Positions 48,438 to 64,000 of a stretch of DNA of 64,000 bases are shown in pieces; the stretch's first letter is position 1, and each line of letters opens with the position of its first letter. Source of the DNA: a phage. The translations under genes were made by a program, and so were the position numbers. The stretch is taken from sequence record PZ386947.1. One strand, 5' to 3'. The notes beneath the pieces are model-generated. The model made no database searches and was not told where the DNA came from. It was given only the letters and a program-made list of their open reading frames with translations.

Positions 48438-50420
48438 ATGGCAAATACCCCTGTAAATTATCAATTAACAAGAACAGCAAATGCTATTCCCGAGATATTC
48501 GTCGGGGGTACGTTTGCTGAAATAAAACAAAATCTCATTGAATGGCTTAATGGCCAAAATGAATTTTTGGATTATGATTTTGAAGGCTCAAGATTAAACG
48601 TTCTGTGTGACCTTTTAGCTTATAATACATTGTACATTCAACAGTTTGGTAATGCTGCTGTGTATGAAAGCTTTATGCGTACTGCTAACTTACGAAGTTC
48701 AGTTGTTCAAGCTGCACAAGATAACGGATATTTACCTACTTCAAAATCCGCTGCGCAGACCGAAATTATGTTAACATGCACCGACGCATTGAATAGGAAT
48801 TACATTACTATTCCTCGCGGAACTCGCTTTTTAGCATATGCAAAAGATACTTCTGTTAATCCATATAACTTCGTTTCTACCGAAGACGTTATTGCTATTC
48901 GTGATAAAAATAACCAATATTTTCCGCGTTTAAAATTGGCCCAGGGACGTATAGTAAGAACTGAAATCATTTATGATAAATTAACACCTATTATCATTTA
49001 TGATAAAAATATTGATAGAAACCAGGTTAAATTATACGTTGATGGAGCAGAATGGATTAACTGGACAAGAAAGTCAATGGTTCATGCTGGTTCTACATCG
49101 ACAATTTACTACATGCGTGAAACTATTGATGGAAATACTGAATTCTATTTTGGTGAAGGTGAAATTTCTGTTAATGCTTCTGAAGGAGCTTTGACCGCTA
49201 ATTATATCGGAGGTCTTAAACCTACTCAGAACTCTACGATTGTTATTGAGTACATCAGTACTAATGGTGCTGACGCGAACGGAGCAGTCGGATTTTCATA
49301 CGCAGATACATTAACAAATATAACTGTCATCAATATTAATGAAAATCCAAACGATGACCCAGATTTTGTTGGGGCAGATGGCGGCGGTGATCCAGAAGAT
49401 ATTGAGCGTATCCGCGAATTGGGTACTATTAAACGCGAAACCCAGCAACGCTGCGTAACTGCGACTGACTATGATACATTCGTTTCAGAGAGATTTGGTT
49501 CTATTATTCAAGCAGTTCAGACTTTCACTGATTCTACTAAACCTGGTTATGCATTTATTGCTGCTAAACCTAAATCAGGTCTGTATTTAACTACCGTACA
49601 GCGTGAAGATATTAAAAATTATCTCAAAGACTATAATTTAGCTCCTATTACGCCATCAATTATTTCTCCTAATTATCTTTTTATTAAGACTAATTTAAAA
49701 GTCACATATGCTTTAAATAAACTGCAAGAATCCGAGCAGTGGCTTGAAGGTCAAATAATTGATAAAATTGATCGCTATTATACCGAAGATGTAGAAATTT
49801 TTAACTCGTCTTTCGCTAAATCTAAGATGTTGACATATGTAGATGATGCAGATCATTCTGTCATTGGTTCATCAGCGACTATTCAAATGGTTCGTGAAGT
49901 ACAAAACTTCTATAAAACGCCTGAAGCGGGTATTAAATATAATAATCAAATAAAAGATCGTTCTATGGAATCTAATACGTTTTCATTTAATTCTGGACGA
50001 AAGGTTGTAAATCCTGATACTGGTTTAGAAGAAGATGTATTATATGATGTTCGTATAGTATCAACAGACCGAGATTCTAAAGGAATTGGTAAAGTTATTA
50101 TTGGTCCATTTGCTTCTGGCGATGTTACAGAAAATGAAAACATTCAGCCGTATACAGGCAATGATTTTAATAAATTAGCAAATTCTGATGGACGTGACAA
50201 ATATTATGTTATCGGTGAAATAAATTATCCAGCTGACATGATTTATTGGAATATCGCTAAAATTAATTTAACATCTGAAAAATTTGAAGTTCAGACTATT
50301 GAATTATATTCTGACCCAACCGATGATGTTATCTTTACTCGCGATGGTTCACTGATTGTATTTGAAAATGATTTACGTCCGCAATACTTAACTATCGATT
50401 TGGAGCCTATATCACAATGA
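48438..50420 (+). CDS. 6: baseplate wedge protein gp6
   Basis: 660 aa, equal to T4 gp6. Confidence 0.9.
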   Translation: MANTPVNYQLTRTANAIPEIFVGGTFAEIKQNLIEWLNGQNEFLDYDFEGSRLNVLCDLLAYNTLYIQQFGNAAVYESFMRTANLRSSVVQAAQDNGYLPTSKSAAQTEIMLTCTDALNRNYITIPRGTRFLAYAKDTSVNPYNFVSTEDVIAIRDKNNQYFPRLKLAQGRIVRTEIIYDKLTPIIIYDKNIDRNQVKLYVDGAEWINWTRKSMVHAGSTSTIYYMRETIDGNTEFYFGEGEISVNASEGALTANYIGGLKPTQNSTIVIEYISTNGADANGAVGFSYADTLTNITVININENPNDDPDFVGADGGGDPEDIERIRELGTIKRETQQRCVTATDYDTFVSERFGSIIQAVQTFTDSTKPGYAFIAAKPKSGLYLTTVQREDIKNYLKDYNLAPITPSIISPNYLFIKTNLKVTYALNKLQESEQWLEGQIIDKIDRYYTEDVEIFNSSFAKSKMLTYVDDADHSVIGSSATIQMVREVQNFYKTPEAGIKYNNQIKDRSMESNTFSFNSGRKVVNPDTGLEEDVLYDVRIVSTDRDSKGIGKVIIGPFASGDVTENENIQPYTGNDFNKLANSDGRDKYYVIGEINYPADMIYWNIAKINLTSEKFEVQTIELYSDPTDDVIFTRDGSLIVFENDLRPQYLTIDLEPISQ

Positions 50421-53400
50421 CAGTAAAAGCACCTTCAGTCACTAGTCTCAGAATTTCCAAGTTATCCGCAAATCAGGTGCAAGTACGCTGGGATGACGTT
50501 GGTGCTAATTTCTACTATTTTGTAGAAATCGCTGAGACAAAAACAGACTCGGGGGAAAATCTCCCGAGTGATCAATATCGTTGGATTAATTTAGGATATA
50601 CAGCAAACAATAGTTTCTTTTTTGATGATGCTGATCCACTAACATCATACATCATTAGAGTAGCTACAGCTGCACAAGATTTTGAGCAATCTGATTGGGT
50701 TTATACGGAAGAGTTTGAAACTTTTGCTACGAATGCTTACACATTTCAAAACATGATTGAAATGCAATTAGCCAATAAATTCATTCAGGAAAAGTTTACT
50801 CTTAACAATTCTAATTATGTCAATTTTAATAATGACACTATAATGGCTGCATTGATGAATGAATCGTTCCAATTCAGCCCATCATATGTTGATGTTTCAT
50901 CAATCAGTAATTTTATTATTGGTGAAAATGAGTATCATGAAATACAAGGTTCCATTCAGCAAGTATGTAAGGATATTAACCGAGTTTATTTAATGGAATC
51001 AGAAGGGATTCTATATCTTTTTGAGCGTTATCAACCCGTGGTTAAAGTATCTAATGATAAAGGACAAACCTGGAAAGCTGTAAAGCTCTTCAATGACCGT
51101 GTAGGATATCCTTTATCTAAGACAGTATATTACCAATCTGCGAACACTACATACGTTCTAGGATACGACAAGATTTTCTATGGCCGCAAATCTACTGATG
51201 TTAGATGGTCAGCCGATGATGTCAGATTTAGTTCACAGGATATAACATTCGCTAAACTTGGCGACCAATTACATCTAGGATTTGATGTAGAAATTTTTGC
51301 CACTTACGCGACTTTACCAGCGAATGTATATCGTATAGCTGAAGCCATTACTTGTACGGATGATTATATCTATGTTGTCGCCAGAGACAAAGTTAGATAC
51401 ATAAAAACGAGTAATGCACCTATAGATTCTGATCCATTATCTCCAACATATTCGGAAAGACTTTTTGAACCTGATACCATGACTATAACCGGAAATCCTA
51501 AAGCAGTATGCTATAAAATGGATTCTATTGGTGATAAAGTTTTTGCTCTTATTATCGGTGAAGTTGAAACATTAAATGCTAATCCTAGAACGTCAAAAAT
51601 AATTGATTCTACTGATAAAGGAATATATGTTTTAAATCATGACACAAAAACGTGGAAAAGAGTTTTTGGCAACACTGAAGAAGAAAGAAGACGTATTCAA
51701 CCTGGGTATGCGAATATGTCAACTGATGGTAAATTAGTTTCTCTATCTTCGAGTAATTTTAAATTTTTAAATGATAACGTTGTTAATGACCCTGAAACTG
51801 TAGCAAAATATCAGTTAATCGGTGCCGTTAAATATGAATTTCCTCGTGAATGGTTAGCTGATAAGCATTATCATATGATGGCATTTATAGCAGATGAAAA
51901 GTCTGATTGGGAAACTTTTACGCCTCAGCCAATGAAATACTACGCAGAACCGTTCTTTAATTGGTCTAAAAAATCTAACACACGCTGTTGGATAAACAAC
52001 TCTAATAGAGCTGTAGTAGTTTATGCTGATTTAAAATACACTAAAGTTATAGAAAATATTCCGGAAACATCACCAGATAGATTAGTTCATGAATACTGGG
52101 ATGATGGTGATTGTACGATAGTAATGCCAAATGTTAAATTCACGGGATTTAAAAAATATGCGTCTGGGATGCTTTTTTATAAATCTTCTGGTGAAATAAT
52201 TTCTTATTATGATTTTAACTATCGTGTGAGAGATACAGTAGAAATTATTTGGAAGCCGACTGGAGTATTTTTAAAAGCATTTTTACAAAACCAAGAGCAT
52301 GAGACTCCTTGGTCGCCAGAAGAAGAGCATGGATTAGCTGACCCTGATTTAAGACCATTAATTGGCACAATGATGCCTGATTCTTATTTGTTGCAGGATT
52401 CGAATTTTGAGGCATTTTGTGAAGCATATATTCAATATCTTTCTGACGGATACGGAACTCAGTATAATAATTTACGAAATTTAATTCGTAATCAGTATCC
52501 ACGAGAAGAGCATGCGTGGGAATATTTGTGGTCAGAGATATATAAAAGAAACATTTATTTAAATGCTGACAAACGTGATGCTGTTGCAAGATTTTTTGAA
52601 TCACGTAGTTATGATTTTTATTCTACTAAAGGAATTGAAGCATCATACAAATTTCTTTTTAAAGTTCTTTATAATGAAGAAGTTGAAATTGAAATTGAAT
52701 CTGGAGCTGGTACTGAATATGATATAATCGTTCAATCTGATTCTTTGACTGAGGATTTAGTAGGACAAACGATTTATACAGCTACAGGAAGATGTAATGT
52801 TACTTATATAGAAAGAAGTTATTCTAACGGTAAATTGCAATGGACCGTGACTATACATAATCTTTTGGGGCGTTTAATAGCAGGGCAAGAAGTTAAAGCA
52901 GAAAGACTTCCTAGTTTTGAAGGCGAAATTATTCGTGGGGTTAAAGGAAAGGATTTGCTTCAAAATAATATAGACTATATTAATAGAAGTCGATCATATT
53001 ATGTAATGAAAATTAAATCCAATTTACCTTCTTCTCGTTGGAAATCTGACGTTATTCGTTTTGTTCATCCAGTAGGATTTGGATTTATAGCAATCACGCT
53101 TTTAACTATGTTTATTAATGTCGGTTTAACTCTTAAACACACAGAGACAATAATTAATAAATATAAAAACTACAAATGGGATTCTGGATTGCCTACTGAA
53201 TATGCTGATAGAGTAGCTAAATTAACTCCAACTGGCGAAATTGAACATGATTCAGTAACAGGAGAAGCAATTTATGAACCTGGCCCAATGGCTGGTGTAA
53301 AATATCCTCTTCCTGATGACTATAATGCTGAAAATAATAATTCAATATTTCAAGGTCAATTGCCTTCTGAACGACGCAAGTTAATGAGTCCTCTATTTGA

Positions 53401-53515
53401 CGCATCTGGAACAACATTTGCACAATTTAGGGATTTAGTTAATAAACGTCTAAAAGATAATATAGGAAATCCAAGAGACCCTGAAAATCCAACACAGGTT
53501 AAAATAGATGAATGA
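50417..53515 (+). CDS. 7: baseplate wedge protein gp7
   Basis: 1032 aa, equal to T4 gp7. Confidence 0.9.
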   Translation: MTVKAPSVTSLRISKLSANQVQVRWDDVGANFYYFVEIAETKTDSGENLPSDQYRWINLGYTANNSFFFDDADPLTSYIIRVATAAQDFEQSDWVYTEEFETFATNAYTFQNMIEMQLANKFIQEKFTLNNSNYVNFNNDTIMAALMNESFQFSPSYVDVSSISNFIIGENEYHEIQGSIQQVCKDINRVYLMESEGILYLFERYQPVVKVSNDKGQTWKAVKLFNDRVGYPLSKTVYYQSANTTYVLGYDKIFYGRKSTDVRWSADDVRFSSQDITFAKLGDQLHLGFDVEIFATYATLPANVYRIAEAITCTDDYIYVVARDKVRYIKTSNAPIDSDPLSPTYSERLFEPDTMTITGNPKAVCYKMDSIGDKVFALIIGEVETLNANPRTSKIIDSTDKGIYVLNHDTKTWKRVFGNTEEERRRIQPGYANMSTDGKLVSLSSSNFKFLNDNVVNDPETVAKYQLIGAVKYEFPREWLADKHYHMMAFIADEKSDWETFTPQPMKYYAEPFFNWSKKSNTRCWINNSNRAVVVYADLKYTKVIENIPETSPDRLVHEYWDDGDCTIVMPNVKFTGFKKYASGMLFYKSSGEIISYYDFNYRVRDTVEIIWKPTGVFLKAFLQNQEHETPWSPEEEHGLADPDLRPLIGTMMPDSYLLQDSNFEAFCEAYIQYLSDGYGTQYNNLRNLIRNQYPREEHAWEYLWSEIYKRNIYLNADKRDAVARFFESRSYDFYSTKGIEASYKFLFKVLYNEEVEIEIESGAGTEYDIIVQSDSLTEDLVGQTIYTATGRCNVTYIERSYSNGKLQWTVTIHNLLGRLIAGQEVKAERLPSFEGEIIRGVKGKDLLQNNIDYINRSRSYYVMKIKSNLPSSRWKSDVIRFVHPVGFGFIAITLLTMFINVGLTLKHTETIINKYKNYKWDSGLPTEYADRVAKLTPTGEIEHDSVTGEAIYEPGPMAGVKYPLPDDYNAENNNSIFQGQLPSERRKLMSPLFDASGTTFAQFRDLVNKRLKDNIGNPRDPENPTQVKIDE

Positions 53516-54512
53516 TTCAAGTGTTATCTATCGTGCGATAGTTACTTCAAAATTTAGAACAGAAAAAATGTTGAATTTTTATAATTCAATTGGGAGTGGT
53601 CCGGATAAAAACACTATCTTTATCACATTTGGAAGATCAGAACCGTGGTCATCAAATGAAAATGAGGTGGGCTTTGCCCCACCTTATCCAACCGATTCTG
53701 TATTAGGCGTAACTGACATGTGGACGCATATGATGGGAACAGTAAAAGTTCTTCCATCAATGCTTGACGCTGTTATTCCTCGCAGAGATTGGGGAGATAC
53801 TAGATATCCGGATCCATACACATTTAGAATTAACGATATTGTAGTGTGTAACTCAGCTCCTTACAACGCTACTGAATCAGGCGCAGGCTGGTTAGTATAT
53901 CGTTGTTTAGATGTTCCTGATACCGGAATGTGTTCAATAGCATCTTTAACTAATAAGGATGAATGCCTCAAATTAGGCGGAAAATGGACTCCTTCTGTTA
54001 GGTCAATGACTCCTCCTGAAGGTCGAGGAGATGCGGAAGGAACAATCGAACCTGGAGACGGATATGTTTGGGAATATCTTTTTGAGATTCCGCCCGATGT
54101 ATCTATAAATAGATGCACAAATGAATATATCGTAGTTCCTTGGCCTGAGGAATTAAAAGAAGATCCAACTAGATGGGGGTATGAAGATAATCTCACTTGG
54201 CAACAAGATGATTTTGGATTAATTTACCGGGTTAAGGCAAATACTATCCGTTTTAAAGCATATTTAGATTCAGTTTACTTTCCTGATGCTGCATTGCCAG
54301 GAAATAAAGGATTTAGACAAATATCAATAATCACAAATCCTCTTGAAGCTAAAGCTCATCCAAATGACCCAAATGTTAAAGCTGAAAAGGATTATTATGA
54401 TCCAGAAGATTTAATGAGGCATTCGGGCGAAATGATTTATATGGAAAATAGGCCACCTATTATCATGGCAATGGATCAGACAGAAGAAATCAATATTCTG
54501 TTTACATTTTAA
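53508..54512 (+). CDS. 8: baseplate wedge protein gp8
   Basis: 334 aa, equal to T4 gp8. Confidence 0.9.
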   Translation: MNDSSVIYRAIVTSKFRTEKMLNFYNSIGSGPDKNTIFITFGRSEPWSSNENEVGFAPPYPTDSVLGVTDMWTHMMGTVKVLPSMLDAVIPRRDWGDTRYPDPYTFRINDIVVCNSAPYNATESGAGWLVYRCLDVPDTGMCSIASLTNKDECLKLGGKWTPSVRSMTPPEGRGDAEGTIEPGDGYVWEYLFEIPPDVSINRCTNEYIVVPWPEELKEDPTRWGYEDNLTWQQDDFGLIYRVKANTIRFKAYLDSVYFPDAALPGNKGFRQISIITNPLEAKAHPNDPNVKAEKDYYDPEDLMRHSGEMIYMENRPPIIMAMDQTEEINILFTF

Positions 54513-54517
54513 ATTAA

Positions 54518-54541
54518 GGGAGCCCATGGGCTCCCTTTTTC
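54518..54541 (+). terminator. intrinsic terminator after gene 8
   Basis: GGGAGCCC-AUGG-GCUCCC hairpin followed by TTTTT. Confidence 0.7.
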
Positions 54542-54543
54542 TT

Positions 54544-54551
54544 TATAAATA
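54544..54551 (+). promoter_or_regulatory. late promoter TATAAATA for gene 9
   Basis: TATAAATA about 25 nt upstream of the gene 9 ATG. Confidence 0.6.
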
Positions 54552-54575
54552 CTATAAACTCATAAGGAAACCGCT

Positions 54576-55442
54576 ATGTTCATTCAAGAACCAAAGAAAT
54601 TGATTGATACCGGCGAAATTGGTAACGCTTCTACTGGTGATATCTTATTCGACGGTGGTAATAAAATTAATAGTGATTTTAACGCAATTTATAATGCGTT
54701 TGGCGATCAGCGTAAAATGGCAGTAGCAAATGGCACTGGAGCAGATGGTCAAATTATCCATGCTACTGGATATTATCAAAAACACTCTATTGCTGAGTAT
54801 GCAACTCCAGTAAAAGTTGGCACTAGACATGATATTGATACCTCTACTGTAGGTGTTAAAGTTATCATTGAAAGAGGAGAACTTGGCGATTGTGTTGAAT
54901 TCATTAATTCTAATGGATCAATATCAGTTACTAATCCTTTAACGATTCAGGCTATTGATTCAATTAAAGGTGTTTCAGGTAATTTGGTAGTAACTACTCC
55001 ATATAGTAAAGTTACTTTACGCTGTATTTCATCTGATAATTCTACGTCGATTTGGAATTATTCTATTGAAAGCATGTTTGGTCAAAAGGAATCACCAGTT
55101 GAAGGTACGTGGAATATTTCTACATCTGGATTAGTTGACATTCCATTGTTTCATCGCACTGAATATAACATGGCTAAATTGTTAGTTACATGCCAGTCAG
55201 CAGATGGAAGAAAAATTAAAACAGCAGAAATAAATATTCTTGTGGATATTGTTAATTCAGAGGTCATTTCTTCTGAATATGCTGTCATGCGAGTTGGGAA
55301 TGAAACCGAAGAAGACGAAATCGCTAATATTGCATTTAGTATTAAAGAAAATTATGTAACGGCGACTATAAGTTCTTCAACTGTCGGTATGAGAGCAGCA
55401 GTTAAAGTTATCGCTACGCAGAAAATCGGGGTGGCTCAATAA
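54576..55442 (+). CDS. 9: baseplate protein gp9 (long tail fiber attachment)
   Basis: 288 aa, equal to T4 gp9. Confidence 0.9.
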   Translation: MFIQEPKKLIDTGEIGNASTGDILFDGGNKINSDFNAIYNAFGDQRKMAVANGTGADGQIIHATGYYQKHSIAEYATPVKVGTRHDIDTSTVGVKVIIERGELGDCVEFINSNGSISVTNPLTIQAIDSIKGVSGNLVVTTPYSKVTLRCISSDNSTSIWNYSIESMFGQKESPVEGTWNISTSGLVDIPLFHRTEYNMAKLLVTCQSADGRKIKTAEINILVDIVNSEVISSEYAVMRVGNETEEDEIANIAFSIKENYVTATISSSTVGMRAAVKVIATQKIGVAQ

Positions 55443-57247
55443 TGAAACAAAATATTAATATCGGTAATGTTGTAGATGATGGTACCGGTGACTACCTGCG
55501 TAAAGGTGGTATAAAAATAAATGAAAACTTTGATGAGCTTTATTACGAGCTTGGTGACGGTGATGTTCCATATTCAGCTGGTGCCTGGAAAACTTATAAT
55601 GCTTCATCAGGACAAACATTAACAGCAGAATGGGGAAAATCATATGCCATTAACACTTCATCTGGAAGAGTAACTCTACAACTTCCTAAAGGAACCGTTA
55701 ATGATTATAATAAAGTAATTAAAGCTAGGGATGTATTTGCAACATGGAATGTTAATCCAGTTACTCTAGTAGCCGCTTCTGGTGATACTATTAAAGGATC
55801 ATCGTCATCAGTTGAAATTAATGTTCAATTTAGCGATTTAGAATTAGTTTATTGTGCTCCAGGACGTTGGGAATATGTCAAAAACAAACAAATTGACAAA
55901 ATTATTAGTTCAGATATTAGTAATGTAGCACGTAAAGAATTTTTAGTCGAAGTTCAAGGACAAACAGACTTTTTAGATGTTTTCCGTGGAACTAGCTATA
56001 ATGTTAATAACATCCGAGTAAAACACCGCGGTAATGAATTATATTATGGCGATGTATTTAGTGAAAACAGTGACTTTGGCTCTCCTGGGGAAAATGAAGG
56101 AGAATTGATTCCTCTTGATGGATTTAATATTAGGTTAAGACAGCCTTGTAATATTGGTGACACTGTTCAAATTGAAACATTTATGGATGGTGTATCACAA
56201 TGGAGAAGTTCATATACAAGACGCCAAATAAAAGTACTGGATTCAAAACTAACATCAAAGACTTCTTTAGAAGGAAGCATTTATGTTACTGATTTATCAG
56301 CGATGAAATCAATTCCATTTTCTGCATTTGGATTAATTCCTGGTGAACCCATTAATCCTAACTCTCTTGAGGTTCGTTTTAATGGAATTTTACAACAACA
56401 AGCTGGAACAGCCGGATATCCTCTGTTTTTGTGTGAAGGTGCTAATTCAGATACGCAAGAAGGATGTATATCTCTTGGTGGTGAATGGAAGGAATCGAAT
56501 ACAGATTATTCTATAGAATATGAAGATGGAAAACCTGTCAGTCTTTTATTTGATAGAAAATTTGAATCCGGTGATATAATCGTTATAACATGGTTCAATA
56601 ATGATTTAGGAACTCTTTTAGAAAAAGATGACATTATTGAATTAACTGATGACCGTTATGTTAGTAAAGGATCATCTACTGAAGTTACTGGTGATGTAGC
56701 CTTAACAGATTTTGATAAAATCGGTTGGCCAAATGTTGAAAAAGTTGATTCTTATACTAGAACGTATAATTCAATATCATCTATTTTCGACAGCATTTAT
56801 CCTGTTGGTTCAATTTATGAAAATGCTATAAATCCAAATAATCCAGTGACTTATATGGGATTTGGTTCATGGAAATTATTTGGTAAAGGGCAGGTTTTAG
56901 TAGGATGGAATGATGATGTTACAGATCCAAACTTTGCATTAAACAATAATGATTTAGATTCTAGCGGAAATCCTTCACATACCGCCGGTGGAACAGTTGG
57001 TACAACATCAGTAACGCTTGAAAACGCAAATCTTCCTGCGACTAAAACTGATGAAAGAGTTTTAATTGAAGACGAAAATGGATCAGTTATTATTGGAGGA
57101 TGTCAATATGACCCAGACGAAACTGGTCCTATATATACAAAATATCGTGAAGACTACGCAACAACAAACTCTTCACATACTCCTCCTACTAATATTAGTA
57201 ATATTCAACCGTCTATTACTGTATACCGTTGGATAAGGATTGCATAA
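55442..57247 (+). CDS. 10: baseplate wedge protein gp10
   Basis: 601 aa (T4 gp10 is 602). Confidence 0.9.
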   Translation: MKQNINIGNVVDDGTGDYLRKGGIKINENFDELYYELGDGDVPYSAGAWKTYNASSGQTLTAEWGKSYAINTSSGRVTLQLPKGTVNDYNKVIKARDVFATWNVNPVTLVAASGDTIKGSSSSVEINVQFSDLELVYCAPGRWEYVKNKQIDKIISSDISNVARKEFLVEVQGQTDFLDVFRGTSYNVNNIRVKHRGNELYYGDVFSENSDFGSPGENEGELIPLDGFNIRLRQPCNIGDTVQIETFMDGVSQWRSSYTRRQIKVLDSKLTSKTSLEGSIYVTDLSAMKSIPFSAFGLIPGEPINPNSLEVRFNGILQQQAGTAGYPLFLCEGANSDTQEGCISLGGEWKESNTDYSIEYEDGKPVSLLFDRKFESGDIIVITWFNNDLGTLLEKDDIIELTDDRYVSKGSSTEVTGDVALTDFDKIGWPNVEKVDSYTRTYNSISSIFDSIYPVGSIYENAINPNNPVTYMGFGSWKLFGKGQVLVGWNDDVTDPNFALNNNDLDSSGNPSHTAGGTVGTTSVTLENANLPATKTDERVLIEDENGSVIIGGCQYDPDETGPIYTKYREDYATTNSSHTPPTNISNIQPSITVYRWIRIA

Positions 57248-57906
57248 TGAGTTTACTTAATAATAAAGCGGGAGTTATTTCCCGCTTAGCAGATTTTCTT
57301 GGTTTTAGAACTAAGAAAAATGATATTTCGGTTATGAATAATCAGCCGGTAGGCGCTGTAACAATTTCACAAATAGCAAAAGGTTTTTATGACCCAAATG
57401 TAGAATCTGCTATCAATGATGTTAGAAATATGGCAGAGCAACAGGTTGGAGCTGTATTAATTAATATAAGCGGCGTATCTCCTACTGGAGTGCAACAAAC
57501 AGACTATTGGTCATTTGAAGGAACTGTTACTGATACTTCAGCCAAACCAGGTGACCCAGTTATTGTTAACATGTTTGGTATTCCAGTTAAAGCTACTAAC
57601 GGAATGACTTCAATTGAATTTACCAGTGCCGTTAGAATAGCTCTACAGGAAATGGTTGCAAAATTTATTGCAATTGATTCATTTGAAGACCATCCTACCA
57701 TAGGAAATAAAATACAAGTTAAGTATTTAGATAACCAAGAACATATCTTAGAGCAATACTCTGATAAAGGAATTACTTTCAAGCAAGAAATAATTTCTCC
57801 TTCTAAACCTGGATATGGAACTTGGCAATTATTAGGTGCGCAAACTGTCACGTTAGATAGTCACACACAACCTACAGTATTTTATTATTTTGAGAGAATA
57901 GCATGA
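57247..57906 (+). CDS. 11: baseplate wedge protein gp11
   Basis: 219 aa from [23 protein letters not shown]...; matches T4 gp11. Confidence 0.88.
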   Translation: MSLLNNKAGVISRLADFLGFRTKKNDISVMNNQPVGAVTISQIAKGFYDPNVESAINDVRNMAEQQVGAVLINISGVSPTGVQQTDYWSFEGTVTDTSAKPGDPVIVNMFGIPVKATNGMTSIEFTSAVRIALQEMVAKFIAIDSFEDHPTIGNKIQVKYLDNQEHILEQYSDKGITFKQEIISPSKPGYGTWQLLGAQTVTLDSHTQPTVFYYFERIA

Positions 57907-59453
57907 GTAATAATACATATCAGCACGTATCAAATGAATCAAAATATGTTAAATTCGATCCCATTGGATCGAATTTTCCTGACACTGTTACGACGGTTCA
58001 GTCTGCATTATCAAAAATAAGTAATATCGGCGTAAATGGTATTCCTGATGCAACTATGGAAGTTAAAGGAATAGCAATGATTGCATCAGAGCAAGAGGTT
58101 TTAGATGGAACAAATAATTCTAAAATCGTTACACCAGCTACATTAGCAACAAGATTATTGTATCCAAATGCTACTGAAACTAAATATGGTTTAACGCGTT
58201 ATTCAACAAATGAAGAAACATTAGAAGGCTCAGATAATAATTCATCAATAACACCGCAAAAACTGAAATACCATACTGATGATGTGTTCCAAAATAGATA
58301 TTCGTCTGAGTCATCAAACGGGGTTATTAAAATATCATCTACGCCTGCAGCTTTGGCTGGTGTCGATGATACTACGGCGATGACTCCGCTGAAAACCCAA
58401 AAACTTGCAATAAAATTAATTTCACAAATAGCTCCTTCAGAAGACACTGCAACAGAATCTGTGAGAGGAGTAGTTCAATTATCTACTGTTGCACAAACTC
58501 GTCAAGGAACTCTCCGCGAAGGATATGCAATTTCCCCGTATACCTTTATGAATTCTGTTGCAACACAAGAATATAAGGGTGTTATACGTCTAGGAACACA
58601 AGCAGAAATTAATAATAATTTGGGGGATGTTGCAGTAACAGGTGAAACACTAAATGGTCGAGGAGCTACCGGTTCTATGCGTGGGGTAGTAAAATTAACG
58701 ACGCAAGCTGGTATTGCTCCTGAAGGTGATAGCTCTGGGGCATTAGCCTGGAACGCAGATGTAATTAATACTCGTGGTGGACAAACTATTAATGGTTCTT
58801 TAAATTTAGATCATCTCACAGCAAATGGAATTTGGTCGCGCGGCGGAATGTGGAAAAATGGCGATCAACCTGTTGCCACTGAAAGATATGCGTCCGAAAG
58901 GGTTCCGGTTGGAACTATTATGATGTTTGCGGGTGATTCAGCACCTCCAGGTTGGATTATGTGTCATGGTGGAACTGTGTCAGGAGACCAATATCCTGAT
59001 TATAGAAACACTGTTGGAACAAGATTTGGTGGGGATTGGAATAATCCAGGGATTCCTGATATGCGAGGTCTTTTTGTTAGAGGAGCGGGCACCGGTGGTC
59101 ATATTTTAAATCAACGAGGACAAGATGGTTATGGGAAGGATAGACTGGGCGTAGGATGTGACGGAATGCATGTTGGTGGTGTTCAGGCACAACAAATGTC
59201 ATACCATAAACATGCTGGTGGTTGGGGTGAATATAACAGAAGTGAAGGCCCATTTGGCGCGTCAGTTTATCAAGGATATCTTGGAACTAGAAAATATTCC
59301 GACTGGGATAATGCTTCATACTTCACTAATGATGGATTTGAATTAGGTGGACCGAGAGATGCTCATGGTACACTTAATCGTGAAGGATTAATTGGTTATG
59401 AAACTAGACCATGGAATATATCATTAAACTATATTATTAAAGTTCATTACTAA
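57903..59453 (+). CDS. 12: short tail fiber protein gp12
   Basis: 516 aa (T4 gp12 is 527); position between 11 and wac. Confidence 0.88.
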   Translation: MSNNTYQHVSNESKYVKFDPIGSNFPDTVTTVQSALSKISNIGVNGIPDATMEVKGIAMIASEQEVLDGTNNSKIVTPATLATRLLYPNATETKYGLTRYSTNEETLEGSDNNSSITPQKLKYHTDDVFQNRYSSESSNGVIKISSTPAALAGVDDTTAMTPLKTQKLAIKLISQIAPSEDTATESVRGVVQLSTVAQTRQGTLREGYAISPYTFMNSVATQEYKGVIRLGTQAEINNNLGDVAVTGETLNGRGATGSMRGVVKLTTQAGIAPEGDSSGALAWNADVINTRGGQTINGSLNLDHLTANGIWSRGGMWKNGDQPVATERYASERVPVGTIMMFAGDSAPPGWIMCHGGTVSGDQYPDYRNTVGTRFGGDWNNPGIPDMRGLFVRGAGTGGHILNQRGQDGYGKDRLGVGCDGMHVGGVQAQQMSYHKHAGGWGEYNRSEGPFGASVYQGYLGTRKYSDWDNASYFTNDGFELGGPRDAHGTLNREGLIGYETRPWNISLNYIIKVHY

Positions 59454-59462
59454 GGATTACAA

Positions 59463-60920
59463 ATGATTGAATTAAAAGAGTTACCTTTTGTTGATAGCGT
59501 TCCTGACGAAGGTCAGGAACGTATTTCATGGATTAAAAATGGTGAAGAAATATTAGGAGCTAGTACTAAGTATGGAAATGATGGATCAATGAATAGACCA
59601 ATTGTTTCCGTGTTTAAAAACGTCGAAGTTCTTGATGAAAATGTGGGAATTCTTAAAACTGCCATTGAAACATCACAGAAAGATATTAAAACAATTCAAG
59701 GAGTTTTAGATGTATCAGGAGATATAGAAGCACTATCGCAGATCAGTGTTAATAAAAATGACATATCGAATTTAAAGACACTTACCAGTGAACACACTGA
59801 TATATTAACTGGAACTAATAATACAGTTGACAAAATTATTGCTGATATAGGTCCATTTAATGATGAAGAAAACTCTGTTTATAGAACAATTAGAAATGAT
59901 TTATTGTGGATTAAACAGGAATTAGGACAATATTCTGGCCAAGACATTAACGGTCTTCCTGTTGTTGGTAATGCTAGCACAGGAATGAAACACAGAATAA
60001 TAACAAATAGTACATTATTATCTTCACAGGGCATTCGTTTAAGCGAATTAGAAAATAAATTTACTGAATCTGACGTAGGATCATTAACTGTTGAAGTTGG
60101 TAAATTACGTGATGAACTTGGTAATAAACCAGTAGATTTTGGGCCAAATATTTATAATAGATTAAACACCATAGATGATAAACAAACTTTAATAATTTCT
60201 GATATAGCAGAAATTAAATCTTCTATTGGATACCCAGAAAATGTTTCTATAATAACAGAAATTAATAATAACAAAAGTAGCATTGAAGCTATTAATAATG
60301 AATTAAATCAGAGTGAAGGTGTTAAACAGCGCTTAACGGCTATTGAAACTTCTATAGGTTCAGATGATATTCCTTCTAGTATTAAAGGAAAAATTAAAAA
60401 TCACACAACTTCTATTGAGTCTTTAAACGGAATTGTTGGTGAAAACACTTCGTCTGGTTTAAGAGCGAATGTTTCGTGGTTAAATCAAATTGTTGGAACT
60501 GACTCCAGCGGAGGACAACCGTCTCCTTCTGGATCTCTATTAAATAAAGTTTCAGTGCTTGAAGGAGAAGTTTCAGTTTTAAACAATAATGTTCAAAATA
60601 TACAAGTTGAAATAGGAAATAATAGAACAGGAATTAAAGGTCAAGTTATTGAACTTACTTCACTTATAAATGGAAATAATCCTGACGGATCAACTGTTGA
60701 AGAACGAGGATTAACTAATTCTATAAAAACGAATGAAACCAACATTGCGGCAGTCACACATGAAGTAAATACAGCTAAAGACAATATATCCTCTTTACAG
60801 AGCAGCGTTCAAGCTCTACAAGAAGCAGGTTATATTCCTGAAGCTCCAAAAGATGGCCAAGCTTACGTTCGTAAAGACGGCGAATGGGTACTACTTTCTA
60901 CCTTTTTATCACCAGCATAA
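59463..60920 (+). CDS. wac: fibritin (whisker antigen control)
   Basis: 485 aa; C-terminal foldon [27 protein letters not shown]; repetitive coiled-coil segments. Confidence 0.93.
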   Translation: MIELKELPFVDSVPDEGQERISWIKNGEEILGASTKYGNDGSMNRPIVSVFKNVEVLDENVGILKTAIETSQKDIKTIQGVLDVSGDIEALSQISVNKNDISNLKTLTSEHTDILTGTNNTVDKIIADIGPFNDEENSVYRTIRNDLLWIKQELGQYSGQDINGLPVVGNASTGMKHRIITNSTLLSSQGIRLSELENKFTESDVGSLTVEVGKLRDELGNKPVDFGPNIYNRLNTIDDKQTLIISDIAEIKSSIGYPENVSIITEINNNKSSIEAINNELNQSEGVKQRLTAIETSIGSDDIPSSIKGKIKNHTTSIESLNGIVGENTSSGLRANVSWLNQIVGTDSSGGQPSPSGSLLNKVSVLEGEVSVLNNNVQNIQVEIGNNRTGIKGQVIELTSLINGNNPDGSTVEERGLTNSIKTNETNIAAVTHEVNTAKDNISSLQSSVQALQEAGYIPEAPKDGQAYVRKDGEWVLLSTFLSPA

Positions 60921-60923
60921 CAT

Positions 60924-60939
60924 GGGGCCGCAAGGCCCC
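60924..60939 (+). terminator. GNRA-tetraloop hairpin after wac (GGGGCC-GCAA-GGCCCC), no U-run
   Basis: seen directly; may be an RNA stability or processing element rather than a terminator. Confidence 0.35.
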
Positions 60940-60951
60940 AAAGGATTTTAA

Positions 60952-62654
<1,703 letters not shown>

Positions 62655-62695
62655 TAAATATTATAAACTAATTAAAGCCCAGATTAGGAGAAATC

Positions 62696-64000
<1,305 letters not shown>

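Overview
This window reads as a contiguous segment of a T4-like (T-even, Tevenvirinae) phage genome, collinear with T4 from gene 46 through the start of gene 16. Positions 1-45257 are almost entirely minus-strand early/middle genes: 46/47 recombination nuclease, a-gt, gene 55, nrdH-nrdG-nrdD, endonuclease VII, nrdC, rI, tk, regB, a GrcA-like glycyl-radical protein, denV, lysozyme e, nudE, a tRNA cluster, 57B/57A, gene 1, and genes 3/2/4. Positions 45305-64000 are plus-strand late baseplate and tail genes 53, 5, 5.1, 5.4, 6-12, wac, 13-15 and the 5' part of 16. Gene names come from my recall of T4 protein sequences, lengths and synteny; no database search was run. Six canonical tRNAs (Arg, Ile, Thr, Ser, Gly, Leu) were parsed by hand, and a T4-type early promoter (GTTTAC, 17-18 nt spacer, TAtaAT-like -10) recurs on the minus strand alongside TATAAATA late promoters and tetraloop hairpins. 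The accessory content is the most interesting part: three tandem small genes with internal-protein capsid-targeting N-termini, each behind its own copy of a repeated promoter module; four homing-endonuclease genes, two of them packed inside the tRNA cluster where tRNA-Pro and tRNA-Gln are missing; a run of five proteins with coiled-coil C-termini; an AAA ATPase next to a nucleotidyltransferase; and a macro-domain protein. Unnamed ORFs are left as hypothetical.
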